From NCBI GenBank assembly GCA_963931495.1, contig OZ007020.1:690001-722000 (forward strand): DNA of 32,000 nucleotides, in the 5' to 3' direction. The stretch's first letter is position 1; each line of letters starts with the position of its first letter. The translations under genes and the position numbers were made by a program. A model generated the notes under the pieces. That model ran no database searches, was not told the DNA's origin, and saw only the letters and a list, made by a program, of their open reading frames with translations. Origin of the DNA: an uncultured Alphaproteobacteria bacterium. GTDB taxonomy: Bacteria; Pseudomonadota; Alphaproteobacteria; Rs-D84. This document shows positions 25,071 to 32,000 of this stretch, piece by piece.

Positions 25071-27131
25071 ATGAAATATAACGACGTTCGCAAAACATTC
25101 TTGGATTTCTTCAAAGAAAAAAATCACGTAATTGTGCCGTCTGCGTCATTAATACCAAATGACCCGACGTTGCTGTTTACGGTTGCCGGCATGGTACCAT
25201 GGAAGGGTATTTTACAAGGTACAGAACCCGCATTCGCACCACGCGTTGCAGATGTTCAGAAATGCATACGCGCCGGTGGCAAGCATAACGATTTGGACGA
25301 AGTTGGATTTGATGGTCGGCATCATACGTTCTTTGAAATGCTGGGGAATTGGTCTTTTGGCGATTATTTCAAAGAAGGCGCCATAGAAATGTCGTGGGAA
25401 CTGTTAACCAAAGTATTAAAATTGGACCCAAAACGTATGCGTGTCACAACACACATCAGTGACGATGAATCAACAGAAATATGGCGGCGCGTCGCCGGTA
25501 AAGATGCCATTCGTTTGGGCGATAAAGATAATTGGTGGTCGGCGGGTGATACCGGGCCATGCGGACCATGTACCGAAATATTCTATGATTTTGGTGAAGA
25601 CTTTCAAAACGAAGATGACCGCTGGGTTGAAATATGGAACGATGTTTTCATGCAATACGACCGTGATGCAAACGGAAATCTGAGCCCGTTGCCAAAACAA
25701 AATGTTGATACGGGCGCTGGGCTGGAACGCTGGGTCGCCCTGTTACAGGAAAAAACAGATAACTATGACACAGATTTATTTCAAAATCTGATTCACGCAA
25801 CCGAAGATATCGTTGGCGTAAAAAAAACAGATGAAAATGTTTCTGCGTTCAAGGTAATTGTTGACCATATGCGTGCGGTTGGTTTCGCAATCGCCGACGG
25901 CGTTATCCCCAGCAATACAGATCGCGGATATGTAATTCGCCGTATACTGCGGCGCGCCATGCGATATGGGCAAATTTTGGGTCATCGTGGCGCATTGTTG
26001 TCAAAACTGTATCCGCAATTGGTAACAGAAATGGGTGATGCGTATCCAGAATTGGCACGTGAAGAAAAACGCGTTGTTGAAATAATCCAGAATGAAGAAA
26101 ACGCCTTTTCTGAAATGTTACAAAATGGAATAAAGTTACTGGATAACGAAATTCCAAATGTGCAAAACGGTATATTAAGTGGCGATGTCGCGTTCAAGTT
26201 ATTTGATACATACGGTTTTCCGTTGGATTTAACCCAAATTATTCTGCGCGAACATAATATTGATGTTGATGTGGCCGGATTTGAACGCGCGATGCAAGAA
26301 CAAAAAGAACGCAGCCGCGCCAACACCAAAGGAACAAGAACCCTGTGGGAATCACAAACAGAACTGGTGCCAACCGATGACAGTTATAAATATGCCCCAG
26401 ACGATAAACTGGAATCACGCGTATTGGCAATTTTACATAATGACGAATTTGTGTCGTCTGCAAATCCGGGTGACGATGTTGAAGTCGCATTGGATAAAAC
26501 AAACTTTTATGGAACCCAGGGTGGCCAGGTCGGCGATTCTGGTGAACTGGCAAATCCAAATGGCGCAACACTGATGAATGTAACAGAAGCAGCGCGTGTC
26601 GGAAATGTTGTTATTCATCGTGGGCAATTGACTGAAAAAATCAGTGTTGGTGATACAGTGGTTACACGCATCAATAAAAACACGCGCCAACAGACCGCAC
26701 GCGCGCATACGGCAACGCATTTGTTACAGGCCGCATTACAACATGTCTTGAACGAAGACGTTCATCAACGCGGGTCCAAGGTATCGCCGGATTCTGTGCG
26801 TTTTGACTTTTCGTTTGGTCGCGCAATGACAGATGATGAAAAACGCGCAACCGAAGATTTGATAAACAAATGGATTAACGCTGATATGCCGGTATCACAC
26901 GAAGAAATGTCGCTGGATGCGGCAAAGCAACGTGGCGCAACCGCACTGTTTGATGAAAAATATGGTGACACTGTCAAGGTCATTACCGCGGGCGATGTAT
27001 CGTGCGAATTGTGTGGCGGAACACATGTTTACCATACGGGCGAAATCATTCGGGCACGGATTAACAAAGAAAAATCTATCAGCAGTGGTATTCGCCGCAT
27101 CACAATGTCTGTGGGAACAATGGCAGAATAG
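25071..27131 (+). CDS. alaS: alanine--tRNA ligase, short form lacking the C-Ala domain
   Basis: The class II catalytic region reads 'RFDFKEKNH...FTVAGM', 'KCIRAGGKHNDLDEVG' and 'HHTFFEMLGNWSFGDYFK'. The editing-domain motifs 'HTATHLLQAAL' and 'CGGTHV' are present. The frame ends after 'GIRRITMSVGTMAE' at 686 aa. Confidence 0.9.
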   Translation: MKYNDVRKTFLDFFKEKNHVIVPSASLIPNDPTLLFTVAGMVPWKGILQGTEPAFAPRVADVQKCIRAGGKHNDLDEVGFDGRHHTFFEMLGNWSFGDYFKEGAIEMSWELLTKVLKLDPKRMRVTTHISDDESTEIWRRVAGKDAIRLGDKDNWWSAGDTGPCGPCTEIFYDFGEDFQNEDDRWVEIWNDVFMQYDRDANGNLSPLPKQNVDTGAGLERWVALLQEKTDNYDTDLFQNLIHATEDIVGVKKTDENVSAFKVIVDHMRAVGFAIADGVIPSNTDRGYVIRRILRRAMRYGQILGHRGALLSKLYPQLVTEMGDAYPELAREEKRVVEIIQNEENAFSEMLQNGIKLLDNEIPNVQNGILSGDVAFKLFDTYGFPLDLTQIILREHNIDVDVAGFERAMQEQKERSRANTKGTRTLWESQTELVPTDDSYKYAPDDKLESRVLAILHNDEFVSSANPGDDVEVALDKTNFYGTQGGQVGDSGELANPNGATLMNVTEAARVGNVVIHRGQLTEKISVGDTVVTRINKNTRQQTARAHTATHLLQAALQHVLNEDVHQRGSKVSPDSVRFDFSFGRAMTDDEKRATEDLINKWINADMPVSHEEMSLDAAKQRGATALFDEKYGDTVKVITAGDVSCELCGGTHVYHTGEIIRARINKEKSISSGIRRITMSVGTMAE

Positions 27132-27133
27132 CA

Positions 27134-27163
27134 AAATCCCCATTCACATGGGGATTTTTATTT
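27134..27163 (+). terminator. rho-independent terminator after alaS
   Basis: AAATCCCCA-TTCACA-TGGGGATTT is followed by a T-rich run. Confidence 0.75.
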
Positions 27164-27379
27164 ACTGCTTGCATTTACGACAAAATGTACTAACATTACA
27201 TGGGTCAGAGAGATGAACCTTTTCCCCCGGATTATTGTTACATATAAAATACGCGTATTCTGGGCATGGAAAGCAAACCGTATTGCCACCAAGATTCACT
27301 GCAAATAAAGAATTCGTCTTTATTGGTAATGAATTTTGTGGCAATGCACAATTGTATAACGTAAATAAAGGATTATTTT

Positions 27380-29179
27380 ATGGTAAAAGTAAAAGCAAAA
27401 AAAACAGCCACAGAAACAGACGTTTCAATGGATAATATCCCTGCACCTATTAAGGGCATGAACAAACACGAAAACGATAACAACGATGAAAAATTGTATT
27501 TTATGGCGTTGGGCGGGCTGGAACATGTCGGTCAAAATATGTATGTGTATAAATACAAAGGAAAATATTTAATCGTTGATTGCGGAATGGGTTTCTTGGA
27601 AGAAGAAATCGGCGCCGGTGATGTGCAGTATTGCGATACAACTTGGCTGGAAAAACGCAAAAAAGATGTCGTTGGGTTCGTTTTGACCCATGGACACGAA
27701 GATCATATTGGGGCATTAAAATTCGTATGGCCAAAATTCAGAAAGCCAATTTATTGTACCCGTTTCCCCGCAGAAATATTGCGTCAAACATTCACCGGGG
27801 TTGAAATAGATTTTAACCCAGAAACAGATATCGTTGTATTTGACCACCATGGCGCAACACTGGATTTATCACCGTTCCAGGTGGAAACATTTCATGTTTC
27901 GCATTCTGTACCCGAAGCGCAGATGCTGATTATAAAAACACCAGCGGGCAAAGTATTGCACACTGGGGATTGGACATTCAATGACGACAATCCAATAGAA
28001 GAACCAACAGATTACGCCCGTTTGCGCGAGATTGGTTCTGATCCAAAATTATTGGCATGCATGTGTGATTCAACATCTGCATCGCGCCAAGAACCACAAA
28101 CAACCGAAATCCAGGTTCGTGAAACATTAACCGAAATTATGAAAAATGCCCCGGGGCGCGTGCTGGTTACCGGATATTCACGCAGTATTGCACGTCTGAA
28201 AATGTTTGCCGAAGCCGCACATGCCGCGGGACGTGTTGCCGCAATCAAGGAACGCAGTAATCCAAACCCGGTGCCGTTTGTCGGATTACCAGAATTCCGT
28301 AAAATCGGCATAGAGTTTGGTTATCTGAATGAAGATGACGTATATCTGCACACAGATATCAAAGACTTGCCCGCGGAAAAACAGGCGATATTTTTAACCG
28401 GTTCCCAGGGTGAACAATATGCAATGCTGACCCGGTTGTGTCGTGGGCACGTGAAAGAAATGAAATTACAACCCACAGATACTGTTTTATTCAGTGCGAT
28501 TATCATCCCTGGGCGCGAACAAGATGTGTCGTATCTGTACAATAAATTGGCCAGAATGGGCATCAAAACACACACGATATATGACACGGACCACCTGCAC
28601 GCCAGTGGTCATGCCGGGCGCCCAGAATTTGAACGATTCTATGATATGGTTCACCCCCAGGTGTCTGTGCCAATGCACGGCGATTATATAAACGAAATGC
28701 TGAATGGTAAAATGGCAATGGAACGCGGTGGCGCAAAGTATATGATGGTCGTTCACAATGGCGAAATGATCGCATTAAGCGATGGCGAAGCACCATATGT
28801 TGCGGAAACAATTGAAACACGCTTTGTCGTTATGGAAGGCGAAACAGAACGCAGCGCTGATGACCAAGTGTACAAAAACCGCAAGAAAATTGCCACGAAT
28901 GGTGCAGTTTTTGTCACGTTGCCGGTGGACAAGCGCGGATTCTTGAAAGGAACACCCGAAGTATCCAGTGCCGGAATATTTGAAACCGATGAAACCGGAT
29001 TTATGAAACGCCAAATTCAAATTGAAATTACAAATGCGATAAATAATCTGACCAAAACAGAACGCAAGGATAAAAATAATTTGATTCGTGCGGTACAATC
29101 GGCATCTAATAGGGTTATTCGGGCGTCACTGGGGGCGGATAAAAAACCACAGTACAGTGTGCATTTTGTACAGAAATAA
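27380..29179 (+). CDS. rnj: ribonuclease J
   Basis: The metallo-beta-lactamase motif 'LTHGHEDHIG', a beta-CASP region and 'HASGHAG' are present, and the ~600-aa length fits RNase J. The exact start is uncertain because the N-terminal extension is low-complexity. Confidence 0.85.
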   Translation: MVKVKAKKTATETDVSMDNIPAPIKGMNKHENDNNDEKLYFMALGGLEHVGQNMYVYKYKGKYLIVDCGMGFLEEEIGAGDVQYCDTTWLEKRKKDVVGFVLTHGHEDHIGALKFVWPKFRKPIYCTRFPAEILRQTFTGVEIDFNPETDIVVFDHHGATLDLSPFQVETFHVSHSVPEAQMLIIKTPAGKVLHTGDWTFNDDNPIEEPTDYARLREIGSDPKLLACMCDSTSASRQEPQTTEIQVRETLTEIMKNAPGRVLVTGYSRSIARLKMFAEAAHAAGRVAAIKERSNPNPVPFVGLPEFRKIGIEFGYLNEDDVYLHTDIKDLPAEKQAIFLTGSQGEQYAMLTRLCRGHVKEMKLQPTDTVLFSAIIIPGREQDVSYLYNKLARMGIKTHTIYDTDHLHASGHAGRPEFERFYDMVHPQVSVPMHGDYINEMLNGKMAMERGGAKYMMVVHNGEMIALSDGEAPYVAETIETRFVVMEGETERSADDQVYKNRKKIATNGAVFVTLPVDKRGFLKGTPEVSSAGIFETDETGFMKRQIQIEITNAINNLTKTERKDKNNLIRAVQSASNRVIRASLGADKKPQYSVHFVQK

Positions 29180-29180
29180 A

Positions 29181-29206
29181 AATCGCCCATTTGGGCGATT
29201 TTTTTC
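29181..29206. terminator. bidirectional rho-independent terminator
   Basis: AAAA-AATCGCCC-ATTT-GGGCGATT-TTTTTT lies between the convergent rnj and xer genes. Confidence 0.8.
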
Positions 29207-29212
29207 GTTATC

Positions 29213-30148
29213 TTATTCAGACTGTTCCGGGGCGTCATCGTGGGCACGTGGATGCGCGTGTTCGTATATATTCATTATTTCCGACATGTTTACACGGGTA
29301 TACAATTGCGTCGTTGACAATGATGAATGTCCCAACAATTCTTGCAAACTGCGCAAATCAACACCACCCGATAACAGCGCCGTTGCAAACGTATGGCGCA
29401 ATGCATGCGGGGTTACATAATCCGGCAATTGCAAATAATTGCGCAATTTTTCAATAACTTTTTCCGCCATGCGTGACGACATCGGCAATCCGCGCACACT
29501 GCGAAACAGCGCATCATCTGGTCCGGCACCAAATGGGCGCAAGCGCACGTATTTTTCAATCGCATCCATTACCGATGGTAACACCGGAACAATACGTTCT
29601 TTGGCGCCCTTGCCCAATATTCGCAACGAATTCGGCCGCCCCATAACATCACGATTTTTTAATGCCAGCGCTTCGGATATACGCAATCCGCATCCAAACA
29701 TCAGCATAACCAACGCCCAATCACGCGCCGCAATCCACGGCGTGTCATTATCAATACTGCGAATTGCATCGTGCATATCTGCGACATCTGTTACATCAAT
29801 TGCCTTGGATAACTTTCGTGGTACCTTGGGCGAATAAATTAATCCAATTGCGTCATTATGTACATCATGCGTCTTGGATAAATAACGAAAAAAACCGCGC
29901 AGCGACGACAGCGCGCGCGCCGTTGATGTGTGTGACAGCCCACGGCGCTGGCGGTCGGCCAGCCACGCACGAAAGCACACTGTGTCCGCATTCGCCATAT
30001 CCGCCAACGAAATGTCGGAACCATTAAAGTTTTCATAAAATTTGATAAAATCATTAATGTCTGAATCGTACGCCGCCGCCGTATGCCCAGAATAATTTTT
30101 GGTTTTGGTTAAATATTCTGAAAATTCGGCGACGACGTCATTCATCAA
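29213..30148 (-). CDS. tyrosine recombinase, XerC/XerD family
   Basis: 'GHTAAAYDSDINDFIKF', 'ARDWALVMLMFGCGLRISEAL' and 'HALRHTFATALLSGGVDLRSLQELLGHSSLSTTQLYTRV' match the Xer family. Confidence 0.85.
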   Translation of the reverse strand: MMNDVVAEFSEYLTKTKNYSGHTAAAYDSDINDFIKFYENFNGSDISLADMANADTVCFRAWLADRQRRGLSHTSTARALSSLRGFFRYLSKTHDVHNDAIGLIYSPKVPRKLSKAIDVTDVADMHDAIRSIDNDTPWIAARDWALVMLMFGCGLRISEALALKNRDVMGRPNSLRILGKGAKERIVPVLPSVMDAIEKYVRLRPFGAGPDDALFRSVRGLPMSSRMAEKVIEKLRNYLQLPDYVTPHALRHTFATALLSGGVDLRSLQELLGHSSLSTTQLYTRVNMSEIMNIYEHAHPRAHDDAPEQSE

Positions 30149-30150
30149 GA

Positions 30151-30894
30151 CTACTTTATTTCAAATGTTGCATTTACCGTCACGGAAACTTCTGTATCCT
30201 TGGCAACAATACTGCCAGCGGCACTGAACGCTTCGGCATCCGCCACCGCCATTTTTGCGCCCGTGGTTAAAAAGTTTGACGCGCGTGGTTGGATTGTTCC
30301 TGTGCCACCAACGTTGTATGTCACGCGCAGTAATTTACCAGCGACATCACCGTCGCCCGCAACCAATGCATTCGCACGTTCACGCGCATTTTCAACCGCC
30401 GCCCCCAGGCAATCTTCCAGTATTGGTTTCATTGCTTCGGCACTGGTATACATACGCAGATTTTCAGAATAAACGTCATCTTGGCCGGCAAATTGAGTTA
30501 ATATTTTTTCAATTGTTTCAATATTATCAGCCGAAACTTCTATGGCAATGGTTGTTTCTGTGCCCAGAACAACAGACTTTTCCAATTCACGATTCCATTC
30601 ACTGCGTTCATATGAATTAAATTCAGTTGTCTGCATCTGGACATTTTGTGTTTTCAAGAAATTTGTAATTTCTGCAATCTTGGCGGTGGCCATTTTCATG
30701 GATGTGGCCGCTGATTTATCCAGTGTTGTTACGCGTAAAGTAATTGCTGTTCTGTCTTTGGGTGCGGATGTTAAACATTCACCGACAACCGCAACTTCGC
30801 GGATTTGCGATGGTTTATCCAATACACCAAACAACAGCGCCAACACGGCACCAACGCCAATTACACTGCCCGTCCAAATTAACGCATTTTTCAT
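30151..30894 (-). CDS. SIMPL domain (DUF541) periplasmic protein, BP26/Omp28-like
   Basis: It has a signal peptide/TM segment and SIMPL-like organisation. The C-terminus 'VSVTVNATFEIK' resembles the Brucella BP26 C-terminus '...VSVNVVFEIK'. Confidence 0.7.
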   Translation of the reverse strand: MKNALIWTGSVIGVGAVLALLFGVLDKPSQIREVAVVGECLTSAPKDRTAITLRVTTLDKSAATSMKMATAKIAEITNFLKTQNVQMQTTEFNSYERSEWNRELEKSVVLGTETTIAIEVSADNIETIEKILTQFAGQDDVYSENLRMYTSAEAMKPILEDCLGAAVENARERANALVAGDGDVAGKLLRVTYNVGGTGTIQPRASNFLTTGAKMAVADAEAFSAAGSIVAKDTEVSVTVNATFEIK

Positions 30895-30925
30895 TTTTGT
30901 TCTCCTTTCCCATTGGTTTTATATT

Positions 30926-31918
30926 TTATCCCAACATAGCGCGACGTACGCGTTCGTATGTTTTTTCAGCCACCGCACGCGCACGTGGCGCGCCATTGGC
31001 CAAAACCGCATCCAATTCATCTGTATTCGCCATCAAGCGTTCGTATTCCATCCGCGGCGCGGCCAATACTGAATTTATTTTTTCAAATAATATCTTTTTC
31101 GCATCACCGTATCCCATGCCGCCGTTTTCAAAGCGCGCACGCAAATCCGCGATTTCTTTTTCATCTGCAAAATGTTTATACAATTGGAATATCGTGGATT
31201 CATCCGGATTTTTCGGTTCTGCGGGCAATTTGCTGTCGGTGATTATGCGCATAATTTTCTTTTTCAATTCTGATTCAGGCGCAAATAATGGAATAACATT
31301 ATCATAAGATTTACTCATCTTTCGTCCATCTAATCCCGGGATAATGCCTGTATCCGCGCCAATCATTGGTTCTGGCAATTTGAACGTTTCGCCATATATA
31401 TGATTGAAATATCCCGCAATATCGCGCGCAAATTCAACATGCTGCTTTTGATCTGCGCCAACCGGCACAACATCAGAATTATACAGCAATATATCCGCCG
31501 CCATTAATATCGGATATGTGTACAAGCCCATATTAACGCCCGCATCAATATCAACACCCGCGGCAGTATTCTTGTCAACCGCCGCCTTGTACGAATGGGC
31601 GCGATTCATCAGCCCCTTTGGCGTGACATTCATCAACATGGTGGTTAATTGTGAAACTTGCACCACGTCAGATTGCCGGAACAGCACCGCGTTTTCCAGA
31701 TTTAACCCCAACGCCACCAAAATAGCGGCAATTTCATACGTGTGTTGCCGAATCAGTTTCGGGTCATGAATTATATTTAATGCGTGCAAATCGGCAATAA
31801 ACACAAATGTTTTGTTTGTTTTTGCCATTTCAATCAACGGTTTCAACGCGGCAACATAGTTCCCCAAATGCGGGGTGCCGGTTGGCTTTATGCCCGTTAA
31901 CACAATTTGTTCCGACAT
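30926..31918 (-). CDS. trpS: tryptophan--tRNA ligase
   Basis: The HIGH-type motif 'TGTPHLGNY' and the 'KMSKS' motif are present, with a class I TrpRS layout. The start is taken at the ATG at 31918 (MSEQIVLTG). Confidence 0.9.
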   Translation of the reverse strand: MSEQIVLTGIKPTGTPHLGNYVAALKPLIEMAKTNKTFVFIADLHALNIIHDPKLIRQHTYEIAAILVALGLNLENAVLFRQSDVVQVSQLTTMLMNVTPKGLMNRAHSYKAAVDKNTAAGVDIDAGVNMGLYTYPILMAADILLYNSDVVPVGADQKQHVEFARDIAGYFNHIYGETFKLPEPMIGADTGIIPGLDGRKMSKSYDNVIPLFAPESELKKKIMRIITDSKLPAEPKNPDESTIFQLYKHFADEKEIADLRARFENGGMGYGDAKKILFEKINSVLAAPRMEYERLMANTDELDAVLANGAPRARAVAEKTYERVRRAMLG

Positions 31919-31976
31919 TTTCAATCCTTTTGTGTGTAATAATATATTGTTTAATTTTCTTTTGCCAGTAAAAAGA

Positions 31977-32000
31977 AATCCCACCAGAACTGGTGGGATT
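31977..32000 (-). terminator. probable terminator of the gene upstream of trpS (outside the window)
   Basis: A hairpin pairs AATCCCACCA with TGGTGGGATT across a GAAC loop. On the minus strand it is followed by TCTTTTT. Confidence 0.45.

Overview
This window looks like chromosome from an AT-rich alphaproteobacterium-like organism; that assignment is inferred from gene content. Conserved housekeeping sequence flanks a roughly 12.8 kb accessory region (about 4050-16850) that abuts a tRNA-Ser(GGA) gene. The backbone genes are: alpha/beta hydrolase, ybaK, a YjbR-family gene, a GT2 glycosyltransferase plus glf, rpoZ, mtaB, a D-Ala-D-Ala carboxypeptidase, holB, tatD, smpB, hup, alaS, rnj, a Xer recombinase, a SIMPL/BP26-like protein and trpS. 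The accessory region is mosaic and, by eye, more AT-rich than the backbone. Its parts, left to right, are: (1) a possible recombinase remnant; (2) two homologous copies of an ACAGGGAAT-rich repeat element of about 160-190 bp, which bracket a P-loop kinase gene and a truncated pyrophosphatase-like gene; (3) a prophage packaging-module remnant made of an HNH-like protein, a ParB-methyltransferase fusion, DUF5681 and a terminase large subunit cut off at 8763; (4) a translationally coupled minus-strand operon encoding an m5C methyltransferase, a beta-class amino-methyltransferase, an HNH endonuclease and an uncharacterised membrane-anchored protein; (5) a DUF2924 gene plus a large serine recombinase; (6) a 642-aa protein that fuses a GHKL (MORC/MutL-like) ATPase to a C-terminal PD-(D/E)xK nuclease resembling Shedu/DUF4263. 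The strongest candidates for an undescribed system are the GHKL-nuclease fusion, the restriction-modification operon with its extra membrane protein, and the ACAGGGAAT repeat pair. All functional calls come from motif reading by eye; no database search was run.
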